A stretch of 62,204 nt of DNA, filler included, from Nemertoderma westbladi (taxonomy: Eukaryota > Animalia > Xenacoelomorpha), in the NCBI GenBank assembly GCA_032718475.1. It is 3 parts of 3 records of this genome, joined end to end, with 100 filler letters (N's around TTAATTAATTAA, not from the genome) between each part and the next. Parts side by side here need not be neighbours in the genome. Positions count along the whole stretch, not along the records: positions 1 to 30,397 come from JAUCBJ010004296.1; positions 30,498 to 57,889 come from JAUCBJ010003182.1; 1 more part is not named here. One strand, 5' to 3'. This document shows positions 22,152-33,707 of the stretch, piece after piece. The notes below the pieces were generated by a model, which was not told the DNA's origin, made no database searches, and saw only the letters and a list, made by a program, of their open reading frames with translations. Position 1 is the first letter of the stretch. Each line of letters opens with the position of its first letter. The translations under genes and the position numbers were made by a program.

Positions 22152-24832
22152 GGTATACAGACGTTTCGGCCTAGGACGTTTCGGTCCAGGACGTTTCGGC
22201 CCGGACATTTCGGCTCGGACGATTCGGCCCGGACGTTTCGGCCTGACTGTAACTGTAACGGCCATGACTGTAACTGTAACCGAATGAAAAGGCCAACTTG
22301 TTTGATATGATAATAATTATTCATTAAAATTATAATTATTTCACAATAATATACAAACACTTATGAAATATCTTTCATGAAATGGCTATTTAATTTATTT
22401 CAAAATAAAATAAACATTATGCATGTGGTGCTCTGCCCCATTATGTTTTGCGGCCGAAAAAATGCAAGTCAGAACAAAACTTTTGGTACCGAGTACCACA
22501 TTGCTAATATTCTACTAAAGCGAATCAATTTCACGAACCATTTAGAGCTTAAATAATCTCGTCTGATCGATATATTTTGGAGATACTTCATTAGTTTAAA
22601 CATTACTCAATTGATAATTATTGTAGCTGGACAGTGTATTGCAGCTATGTCTTAATGATCTGTTGAAACAATAACTCTCATCTCGATGATAGATGATTTA
22701 TACCGATAGATAACGACGTATAATTTTTAATAATTTATTTATTTTATTTAATTTATAATTTTTTTATTAATACATATTTTATTTCACTTCACATCCACTC
22801 TGGTCCTTTTAATACGCATAATATTTCCTCTAAATTTAAATTTAATACCCATATATTTCATCTAAATTTAAGTTTAATACGCATATATTTTATCTCATTC
22901 CATATGACATCCAGCCTGTCTCATAAAGCAATGCTCCTTTAATGGAATATTTCTTATCTATTATATTTTTAAGTCTAACATTAAAATACAGTAATAATTT
23001 TAATTCGGTGTATTTTAATGTACTTTATTTATTGACTCACATTTTAAAATACGCATCTTTTTAACTATTACTTTACCTTCATTACTTTACCTATTACCTT
23101 TACTATTACTTACTTTTAACTATCTAACTGTATTAACTAAAGTTAATTTGTCAGCATATGTTATCTTTGTTCTAAGTTACAGAATGGTGTAAATTTATAT
23201 TAATAAATAATAATAATAATATTACATTAGTTATTATTTATAAATATAATGTAGAACTTCGATCTTGACGACTTTCAAACAGGTGTCGGAGCAGTTCCTA
23301 CTGACAACTCCTCTTGTAACAAACGCAACAACTACAAAACAAATATATTGAATAACTTATTATTAATAGTTTATTTAAGGGAGTAAAGTGAATCTTTGGG
23401 CCAAAACGTCCGACAAGCAAATCTTGTATTTCATTTATTGGGCCGAAACGTCCTAGGCCAAAACGTCTTAGACCGAAACGTCTGTTACCCGCCATTATAC
23501 AGACGTTTCGGCCTAGGACGTTTCGGTCCAGGACGTTTCGGCCCGGACATTTCGGCTCGGACGATTCGGCCCGGACGTTTCGGCCTGACTGTAACTGTAA
23601 CGGCCATGACTGTAACTGTAACCGAATGAAAAGGCCAACTTGTTTGATATGATAATAATTATTCATTAAAATTATAATTATTTCACAATAATATACAAAC
23701 ACTTATGAAATATCTTTCATGAAATGGCTATTTAATTTATTTCAAAATAAAATAAACATTATGCATGTGGTGCTCTGCCCCATTATGTTTTGCGGCCGAA
23801 AAAATGCAAGTCAGAACAAAACTTTTGGTACCGAGTACCACATTGCTAATATTCTACTAAAGCGAATCAATTTCACGAACCATTTAGAGCTTAAATAATC
23901 TCGTCTGATCGATATATTTTGGAGATACTTCATTAGTTTAAACATTACTCAATTGATAATTATTGTAGCTGGACAGTGTATTGCAGCTATGTCTTAATGA
24001 TCTGTTGAAACAATAACTCTCATCTCGATGATAGATGATTTATACCGATAGATAACGACGTATAATTTTTAATAATTTATTTATTTTATTTAATTTATAA
24101 TTTTTTTATTAATACATATTTTATTTCACTTCACATCCACTCTGGTCCTTTTAATACGCATAATATTTCCTCTAAATTTAAATTTAATACCCATATATTT
24201 CATCTAAATTTAAGTTTAATACGCATATATTTTATCTCATTCCATATGACATCCAGCCTGTCTCATAAAGCAATGCTCCTTTAATGGAATATTTCTTATC
24301 TATTATATTTTTAAGTCTAACATTAAAATACAGTAATAATTTTAATTCGGTGTATTTTAATGTACTTTATTTATTGACTCACATTTTAAAATACGCATCT
24401 TTTTAACTATTACTTTACCTTCATTACTTTACCTATTACCTTTACTATTACTTACTTTTAACTATCTAACTGTATTAACTAAAGTTAATTTGTCAGCATA
24501 TGTTATCTTTGTTCTAAGTTACAGAATGGTGTAAATTTATATTAATAAATAATAATAATAATATTACATTAGTTATTATTTATAAATATAATGTAGAACT
24601 TCGATCTTGACGACTTTCAAACAGGTGTCGGAGCAGTTCCTACTGACAACTCCTCTTGTAACAAACGCAACAACTACAAAACAAATATATTGAATAACTT
24701 ATTATTAATAGTTTATTTAAGGGAGTAAAGTGAATCTTTGGGCCAAAACGTCCGACAAGCAAATCTTGTATTTCATTTATTGGGCCGAAACGTCCTAGGC
24801 CAAAACGTCTTAGACCGAAACGTCTGTTACCC
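22152..24832. mobile_element. MuDR/Mutator-like non-autonomous element as a head-to-tail dimer (period 1342 bp)
   Basis: 9-bp TSD ATCATAAAT at 22143-22151 and 24833-24841. Imperfect TIRs GGTATACAGACGTTTCGG / GGGTAACAGACGTTTCGG with tandem subterminal GGACGTTTCGGCC motifs. Two apparently identical copies, 22152-23490 and 23496-24832. Confidence 0.85.
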
Positions 24833-25094
24833 ATCATAAATGTGCAGGAAATTACTACGGACATTGGATACTAGTGGACGGAAAGTGAGGTACCGGCGCA
24901 GCGGAAAGTCTCGTTCGCCTGACATGTTTAGTTTTTTTTAGCTTTCTTCAATTATTTTTTTAGATATGGACGGACACCAACAATAGAGACGAAAATTCAT
25001 AAGATCTGAAACGACCATGAAATGGCCCCAGACAAACACAAACATATACCAATATAACGGTACCCTAAAACTCGTTCATTACAACATCCACTAA

Positions 25095-25390
25095 TACTAC
25101 TATTGTACTACTATCGACATGCCGCAATGCAGCGGCATTATATATATAGGCCTATGTTACATATTAAGAATGCTGTGCCTGCTTGTCGACAAAATTGCGC
25201 AGCCATAACTCCCTTATCACCCATGACATTTGCTAGATCATCCGCATCTTCAAGGCCTGTCTGTGTCCTTAAGATGCGTTTCAAGAAAGTCCAGCATGGC
25301 TGTCCACCATGCTTATTCGCTCCATGAGGGCGCCAAAGCACAATACGCACTGGCTGGTCCTCACGGCAAAAGCAATATCCTGCAAAGCAT
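25095..25390 (-). mobile_element. 3' fragment of the RTE family seen at 9878 and 19994
   Basis: IVLWRPHGANKHGGQP...TGLEDADDLANVMGDKG; TACTAC tail. Confidence 0.88.
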
Positions 25391-25589
25391 CCATGTCAAA
25401 AAATGAGAGTTCGCCATTGGTTAATAAAAACAACTAACTAATGTACAGTGTAGGCCCTACGCCTACATACAGGTGGATCAATTCGGCTTCACAATCGGAA
25501 TGTCGTGGGCTCACGCATTATGCCAAACCCCTTAAACGACATCTCATCCAGCCCGTTATCTCATCCAATAAACACGAGCGGGTTCTCAA

Positions 25590-25830
25590 CCCAGCATTCG
25601 ACGATCTCCGGATGGCGTTCGATATGGTCAGCCGCACCAAACTTATTGTCCTAGCTGTGCGCCTCGCCGCCTCGGGTATCAAAGGTAAGCGATATAACCT
25701 AATCAAAGGAATCTTGGATAATAATATTAGAGTATACAATGGATTAAAACTTTCCAACGTTATTTCCCAACTTTGCAGAGCCCGCCAAGGCGATTGTTTT
25801 AGCCTAACCTGTTGCTAGATGATCTAGTAA
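25590..25830 (+). pseudogene. Decayed non-LTR reverse transcriptase fragment
   Basis: FDDLRMAFDMVSR...GIKGK...ARQGDCFS, resembling RT motifs DxxKAFDxV and GVxQGxxLSP. Confidence 0.7.
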
Positions 25831-26984
25831 TAGTGTTAGGACTACGTAATATCCTAATTTATTCTAGAAAAAGAGTGGATGATACAGCTTGGTCTTGATG
25901 CTTTAAATGCGGTTGGTGTATTGAAACGGCACGGAGGTGAACTTGACAAAAATAAAGTTCAGGAAAGGTGGAAGATTGTCAACCGAAGAAAATTTATATA
26001 CGCTGGATCCGAAGTTATAAACTTGTGCTTTAGTCAATATATCAAATTGAAAAAGAAAAAAACATATAGCAAAATTTGATACTAAACCACATCCATTTCA
26101 CTGAAAAAACATAGTACCGTTTTTATATAAAAAAACGGCGATTCTTGAAAAAGAACGCCAGTTTTTTTTCACCGAATTGAACGCCGTTTATTTCGACAAA
26201 TTGCGTTTATTTACCAGAAGAAAAAGTTGCGTTTGTATTTTCAAAAGCAACCGCCGATTTATTGCATACTCGAAATATGCGTTTATTTGCGACTATAAAC
26301 GCAGTTTATCTTGGAAAAAATTGCCGCTTATTTAATAAAGAATCGCAGTTATAATTGAAGTAAATGGCGTTCAATCTTGATTATAATTTGCGTTTTTTTC
26401 GAGAACTGACGACGCCTGCAATGCAGCTTGCTGACGTAGAGTAAAATTAGGTATTTTATTTAATATTTATATTAGAAACCAAAAATATTCCCCCACCACT
26501 TTATGATTTATTAGAAGTTCAATATAAAGTTAATTAGAATTATGGTGATTCTTATTGTTTATATTCACTTCCTATTTTTCCATCATATAATAATTGGCTT
26601 CACACTTTCAATAGATAAATACGATTAACCTACTATAACCATTTAATTCATATCGAACATATTCATATCGAACCGCATTATATATAACAAGTGAAATTGA
26701 TAAAACCGAAGAATGTTAAAAACAAACAGAACACACACAATATACAAGTATTCTACATTGAAATTAAAACTCGGAACAATAATGATTTATCAATATATAT
26801 TTCTCCATCAGAAACGCTATCATCGAGCCAAGTTTCAGAGATTTTTAAAATTAAAACTGCCGGGTTGGATTTAACGACTAAAATTCTAATTTCAGGAAGT
26901 TTTGGAAGCCAAGATCGTGCGTTTAAATGCAAAAAATGCAGACCTTTTTACGGTTTCGACGGTTTTCGACGTTTTTACGGATTT

Positions 26985-27310
26985 TTACAATCTTCGGTTT
27001 CGATTCTAAAATCGTATTCATAAAACTTGGCACAAGATTGCTTCTGGCTTCTGGTGGAGAATAAATTACTGATTTTCCTACCGGTACGGTAACATTTCAA
27101 ATATACGATTGTGTCAGAACTCTCGCATTGGACGATCTTACTCCGATAGTTTGTTCCCCGTTGAAAAACGGGACAGTTGATCGTCGCCGTCGGTGCCCGC
27201 GTCGGACGCGTCCGGCTCGGTCCCGGGTTGGTCTCAATATCTGATATCCCCAGCGAGAGAGAGAAAACAGAGTTTAGCGATCAATCGACAATCGAAACCA
27301 GTCTCAAAAT
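26985..27310 (-). pseudogene. Decayed 5' module of a CR1/L2-type ORF: 2A-like (StopGo) peptide followed by a PHD-like finger
   Basis: DIETNPGP at 27241-27218. The upstream frame reads CRLIAKLCFLSLAGDI, offset by a 7-nt duplication. Downstream: CPVF..VQCESS..YLKC..SCAKF. Confidence 0.65.
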
Positions 27311-27412
27311 ATTTAAATTAAGATAGCACCAACAGTAATCTACACTCTAGCTCACATAGGCCATATCTTAAACTAAACCATCTAATGGAAAGCGATAACG
27401 TTTCATGTGGTA

Positions 27413-28059
27413 CAGGAGGGGTGGCATAACGAAACAAAGCATATTTGGCATTAACGAAATGAAAAAATAACGTAACGAAAAGATGTTAACGAAACGAAAT
27501 AAAATACAGGCAAATAACGAAATAATAAATACGATAAAAAATAATGAAAAACAATAAAAATTCATCCCTCTCCAGGCGAAATTGGACGCAAATAACAGTT
27601 GATTACTCTCAAAAATAAAACTTTAACCTGTTCTATTGTGTTTAGTTTATTGTTTTGGTTAAAATAACGAGCCACTGTAACCTGCTCCTTTCCCTAAATT
27701 GAGAATTTAACATTGAGGCGGGATATGTCTCTTTCTTTAATACATCAACCTTTATTACCAACCATACTAATGTATTATTTTATACTATATTGTATTGTAC
27801 TACATTACACAACTATTCTTATCATGGTGTTGGTATGGGGGGGGGGGGTTCTATTTAAAACTTTTATTTGATAAAATCAAAAATTTTAGAATAAAACGAA
27901 ACGAAAAACGAATTTAAAATCTTTGAAACGAAACGAAAATTTTATAGATTGATAAAAAACGAAACGAATATTTGATCGGATTTGCAAAAACGAAAGGAAA
28001 TTTTTGAAAACGAAACGTAATTGAAATTTCCTTCGGTTTGTTTCGTTATGCCATCCCAT
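27413..28059. mobile_element. hAT-like MITE
   Basis: 8-bp TSD ATGTGGTA at 27405-27412 and 28060-28067. Inverted ends GGGGTGGCATAACGAAACAAA / GGGATGGCATAACGAAACAAA; many internal AACGAAA motifs. The extreme termini are imperfect. Confidence 0.65.
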
Positions 28060-28795
28060 ATGTGGTATAGTACCTACAGTATTCCAACCATCCCTTATGT
28101 GGTATAGTACCTACAGTATTCCAACCATCCCTTATGTGGTATAGTACCTACAGTATTCCAACCATCCCTTATGTGGTATAGTACCTACAGTATTCCAACC
28201 ATCCCTTATGTGGTATAGTACCTACAGTATTCCAACCATCCCTTATGTGGTATAGTACCTACAGTATTCCAACCATCCCTTATGTGGTATAGTACCTACA
28301 GTATTCCAACCATCCCTTATGTGGTATAGTACCTACAGTATTCCAACCATCCCTTATGTGGTATAGTACCTACAGTATTCCAACCATCCCTTATGTGGTA
28401 TAGTACCTACAGTATTCCAACCATCCCTTATGTGGTATAGTACCTACAGTATTCCAACCATCCCTTATGTGGTATAGTACCTACAGTATTCCAACCATCC
28501 CTTATGTGGTATAGTACCTACAGTATTCCAACCATCCCTTATGTGGTATAGTACCTACAGTATTCCAACCATCCCTTATGTGGTATAGTACCTACAGTAT
28601 TCCAACCATCCCTTATGTGGTATAGTACCTACAGTATTCCAACCATCCCTTATGTGGTATAGTACATGGTATTATAGTACCTACAGTATTCCAACCATCC
28701 CTTATGTGGTATAGTACATGGTATTATAGTACCTACAGTATTCCAACCATCCCTTATGTGGTATAGTACATGGTATGGTACCTACAGTATTCCAA
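28051..28795. repeat. 37-bp minisatellite, ~19-20 near-perfect copies
   Basis: Unit TATGTGGTATAGTACCTACAGTATTCCAACCATCCCT. Confidence 0.97.
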
Positions 28796-29975
28796 GATTC
28801 AGCTTAAACATATTAAGATCAAGACAATGGGGAAGTTTCAGCTTTCAGAACGGATCGGAAAGTAACGGAATGGGTCAATATTTTCACTTTCAGACATTTT
28901 TTCATTTTTTTATATTTTTTCAGATATCTAGTTGCAGACAAGAGTACTGCATACTGATTAGCTTCCTTTGGATGACACAGCTAATGGTCCAGTACAAATA
29001 TACCAAGTTTCAGTTTCAACGGATTAAAAGCAAAAAAAAAAATGTCAGGACATTTAATGCTTAGACATGTAAACCTCTAGCGGGAGATTGTTGAACTGAT
29101 GGTGTTTGAAATTATCTAAAAAATCTAATCTTTTGGTCTTATTCTTATTGATGTCCACAAATTTTCAACTCAACAGCTTTAGATCCGACGAAGTTATTAG
29201 CATGTCATAATCGTAACGACGACGACAAGCTTTCTTTCGCTAAGGCTCCGCCAACTTCGTGGCTCGCCGCACACACATACTGTACATCGTGTTTTTGCCG
29301 GCCTCAGATTTAGATAAAAACTACCCAGTCTAAAGTAAGGTTCGTTATGTCATTTATTCATCGTTATAACATACTGTCCTCAACTTAGTAGGTTTTGTAA
29401 ATCTGGGACGTTTACTACAGCGTTTACTACATTACAGGTGACCATTACCCCAAATCTATTTAATTTTATTTATAGGCTAAATCTACTATTCTGAAACTTT
29501 AACACAGTGATCTTTTAGGCATACTATGAAAACGGAGTATGGATGGACATGTTCGTAAACCCGTTTATTAAAAAATATGGCACTTTTTGTGCAGGTCGGG
29601 ATTTTTCAAAAATAGTATAAATTTTGATGCCTTTATATATAAAATATATCATGTTTAAGGACCTGTAGTACCAACTGGGTTGCAGTTTTCGGTCCAAGAG
29701 TTTGGCACTATGGACCTATGCAATGCATGCAGGCTATCTTATGTGAAAATTTTATACAGAGTCATGAATATCAGCCATTTGTTAAGTATATACCGTTGTT
29801 GAAAAGTTCTGTTTTGTGGTCAAACAACATTTTATATTTCGATAACATAACATAGTTTTTAATATCTTACTATACAATCTGGGAAACTGAGGGAATACAA
29901 AATGACAGAAGTCGTTAGTAAATTAAATATAAATATTATTCGTTACAATAAATAACCAATAACAACTGCCTTTAT

Positions 29976-30158
29976 CTATTTAACGTATCTTTCGAGGAAT
30001 TTCTTATGGAACTCGGAGCGTACCATGTCGTTAACGAAGCCCCCCTTGCCGCTCTTCCCGCTGTCTTTGGCGCAGTTCTTAAAGACGACGTCGTCATCCC
30101 ATCGCCGTCGTACACGGAACTCGGAACCAGCTCGAGCTGGATTCAGCAACGGGTTCCC
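29976..30158 (-). CDS. CWC15: CWC15 spliceosome-associated protein, last coding exon
   Basis: GNPLLN...[18 protein letters not shown]...[20 protein letters not shown] is the conserved CWC15 C-terminus. Acceptor tttttcatgtttgcAG at 30160-30159. Upstream exons are cut off by the gap. Confidence 0.95.
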   Translation of the reverse strand, partial: GNPLLNPARAGSEFRVRRRWDDDVVFKNCAKDSGKSGKGGFVNDMVRSEFHKKFLERYVK

Positions 30159-30234
30159 CTGCAAACATGAAAAATAAATCGATCGAATAATTGGAGAAGA
30201 GTTTGTATGACGTATATTATATATATTATATGTA

Positions 30235-30397
30235 GGAGGGGGGGGGGGTGAGGATGGGGTGGGGTTGTGGAGGGGGAGGGGATGGGGTGGGGAGGGGTTG
30301 TGGGATGGGGTGGGGATGGGGTGGGGAGGGGGAGGGGTTGTGGAGGGGGAGGGGATGGGGTGGGGAGGGGTTGTGTAGGGGGGGGGGTGTGAGGATG
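30235..30397 (+). repeat. G-rich low-complexity tract (G-quadruplex potential) at a contig end
   Basis: GGGGATGGGGTGGGGAGGGG-type runs directly before the N linker. Confidence 0.8.
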
Positions 30398-30497
30398 NNN
30401 NNNNNNNNNNNNNNNNNNNNNNNNNNNNNNNNNNNNNNNNNTTAATTAATTAANNNNNNNNNNNNNNNNNNNNNNNNNNNNNNNNNNNNNNNNNNNN
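30398..30497. other. Artificial assembly linker
   Basis: 44 N + TTAATTAATTAA (stop codons in all six frames) + 44 N. Confidence 0.98.
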
Positions 30498-31236
30498 TGC
30501 ATATTATTTGGGGCAATCTGATTGGGTAATTGAACGTGCATATTATTTGGAGCAATCTGATTGGGTAATTGAAAGTGCATATTATTTGGAGCTATCTGAT
30601 TGGGTAATTAAACGTACATATTATTTGGAGCAATCTGATTGGGTAATTGAAAGTGCATATTATTTGTAGCAATCGCATTGGGTAATTAAACGTGCATATT
30701 ATTTGGGGCAATCTGATTGGGTAATTGAACGTGCATATTATTTGTAGCCATCTGATTGGGTAATTAAACGTGCATATTATGTGGAGCAATCTGATCGGGA
30801 AATTAAACGTAAATGTTATTTGGAGCTATCTGATTGGGTAATTAATTAAACGTACATATTATTTGTAGCAATCTGATTGGGTAATTAAACGTACATATTA
30901 TTTGGAGCTATCTGATTGGGTAATTAAACGTACATATTATTTGGAGCAATCTGATTGGGAAATTAAACATCTGGAGCAATCTGATTGGGAAATTAAACGT
31001 TTGGAGCAATCTGATTGGGTAATTAAACGTTTGGAGCAATCTGATTGGGTAACTAAACGTTTGGAGCAATATGTTGGGTAAATAAACGTTTGGGGCAATC
31101 TGTAATTAAACGTCTGGAGCAATCTGATTGGGAAATTAAACGTTTGGAGCAATCTGATTGGGAAATTAAACGTTTGGAGCAATCTGATTGGGAAATTAAA
31201 CGTTTGGAGCAATCTGATTGGGTAATTAAACGTACA
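30498..31236. repeat. Minisatellite with 39-bp and 30-bp units (left arm)
   Basis: Core TTGGAGCAATCTGATTGGGTAATTAAACGT with or without the GCATATTAT extension. Confidence 0.95.
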
Positions 31237-31702
31237 TTTTACACCATAATACCGTCAGATTACTAAAGATAAATCATAACTCCATATTCACTCCTAGTTT
31301 GTTGACGGGTTCCTTTATCCATTAGACAATGTCTATAGTCTAGTAGACCTAACAACCCAAAAGCTATTAATGTACTCTAAGTTTTACAGCAACCATTTAT
31401 AGTCCTTTGTCATGGTAACCAAGATTCTTAGAGATAAAGTTTTTCTCTGATTTCAAAACTTAACGGATTTCATCATAACGAATCATCATTCGGTATTATT
31501 ATAAAATATTATTTTATTGTTAAAATTTATATTATTTACCGCCCAGTCAATGGGCTACAGCTCTTCCGCCACGCGAAATCTCTCCCTTTCAAAGTTTTCG
31601 CATCTCTTGCGATTAATTAGATCGGTTTTATTATATAAATATATATTTTAAAAGTAATAATTATTGTCGCGATAAAGCCACTATCTAATATATTTCAATA
31701 TC

Positions 31703-33295
31703 CCTTGGATATCCCTAGACCTTGGATTTAGGTTTCGATCCTTGGATATCCCTAGACCTTGGATTTAGGTTTCGATCCTTGGATATCCCTAGACCTTGGA
31801 TTTAGGTTTCGATCCTTGGATATCCCTAGACACTGGATTTAGGTTTCGATCCTTGGATATCCCTAGACATTGGATTTAGGTTTCGATCCTTGGATATCCC
31901 TAGACCTTGGATTTAGGTTTCGATCCTTGGATATCCCTAGACATTGGATTTAGGTTTCGATCCTTGGATATCCCTAGACCTTGGATTTAGGTTTCGATCC
32001 TTGGATATCCCTAGACCTTGGATTTAGGTTTCGATCCTTGGATATCCCTAGACATTGGATTTAGGTTTCGATCCTTGGATATCCCTAGACCTTGGATTTA
32101 GGTTTCGATCCTTGGATATCCCTAGACCTTGGATTTAGGTTTCGATCCTTGGATATCCCTAGACATTGGATTTAGGTTTCGATCCTTGGATATCCCTAGA
32201 CCTTGGATTTAGGTTTCGATCCTTGGATATCCCTAGACCTTGGATTTAGGTTTCGATCCTTGGATATCCCTAGACATTGGATTTAGGTTTCGATCCTTGG
32301 ATATCCCTAGACATTGGATTTAGGTTTCGATCCTTGGATATCCCTAGACATTGGACATAGGTTTCGATCCTTGGATATCCCTAGACATTGGACTTAGGTT
32401 TCGATCCTTGGATATCCCTAGACATTGGATTTAGGTTTCGATCCTTGGATATCCCTAGACATTGGATTTAGGTTTCGATCCTTGGATATCCCTAGACATT
32501 GGATTTAGGTTTCGATCCTTGGATATCCCTAGACCTTGGATTTAGGTTTCGATCCTTGGATATCCCTAGACATTGGATTTAGGTTTCGATCCTTGGATAT
32601 CCCTAGACACTGGATTTAGGATTCGATCCTTGGATATCCCTAGACATTGGATTTAGGTTTCGATCCTTGGATATCCCTAGACATTGGATTTAGGTTTCGA
32701 TCCTTGGATATCCCTAGACATTGGATTTAGGTTTCGATCCTTGGATATCCCTAGACATTGGATTTAGGTTTCGATCCTTGGATATCCCTAGACCTTGGAT
32801 TTAGGTTTCGATCCTTGGATATCCCTAGACCTTGGATTTAGGTTTCGATCCTTGGATATCCCTAGACACTGGATTTAGGATTCGATCCTTGGATATCCCT
32901 AGACATTGGATTTAGGTTTCGATCCTTGGATATCCCTAGACATTGGATTTAGGTTTCGATCCTTGGATATCCCTAGACATTGGATTTAGGTTTCGATCCT
33001 TGGATATCCCTAGACATTGGACATAGGTTTCGATCCTTGGATATCCCTAGACATTGGACTTAGGTTTCGATCCTTGGATATCCCTAGACATTGGATTTAG
33101 GTTTCGATCCTTGGATATCCCTAGACATTGGATTTAGGTTTCGATCCTTGGATATCCCTAGACATTGGATTTAGGTTTCGATCCTTGGATATCCCTAGAC
33201 CTTGGATTTAGGTTTCGATCCTTGGATATCCCTAGACCTTGGATTTAGGTTTCGATCCTTGGATATCCCTAGACATTGGATTTAGGTTTCGATCT
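31703..33295. repeat. 37-bp satellite (left arm), ~43 copies
   Basis: Unit CCTTGGATATCCCTAGAC(C/A)TTGGATTTAGGTTTCGAT. Confidence 0.97.
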
Positions 33296-33707
33296 TACAT
33301 ACAGGCCATTTACAATAGTACGACCCAGTACAATACAAATATTCAACCCGGAGAATGTTATAAGAGCCTTTTTGACGGATAATTTCACTGTGACACTGGT
33401 TATCTCGTTCAGCGTTTATTTTGAATTTATTTTCTTTCCTGTTATAATTTCTCAATCCCATGCCTAAAAATAGTATGTATAATGTATATGTATAATGTAT
33501 AATATGTTCCGCGGTTATGGAATGTGGTTACCAGTAATATACTGGCTAATATTATAATATTTTGAACCGCAGTACCAATTTAGTGGGGTTTACAAACAAA
33601 CATTAACTAGATGTTTTAATAATGAACGCAATTTCGGAAATTAATTCATTTTCAATTTTATTCTTTTACAATTAATTGAATACCTCCTGCTATATTGCCA
33701 GTATATG

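Noticed and set aside
26099-26400. CACTG-AAAAAA start with TTGCGTTTATT-type repeats as a CACTA element
   Set aside because: No matching second terminus or TSD was found.
28796-29280. Possible Helitron/Helentron-like 3' segment (GAC microsatellite plus small hairpin)
   Set aside because: Termini could not be defined from this window alone.
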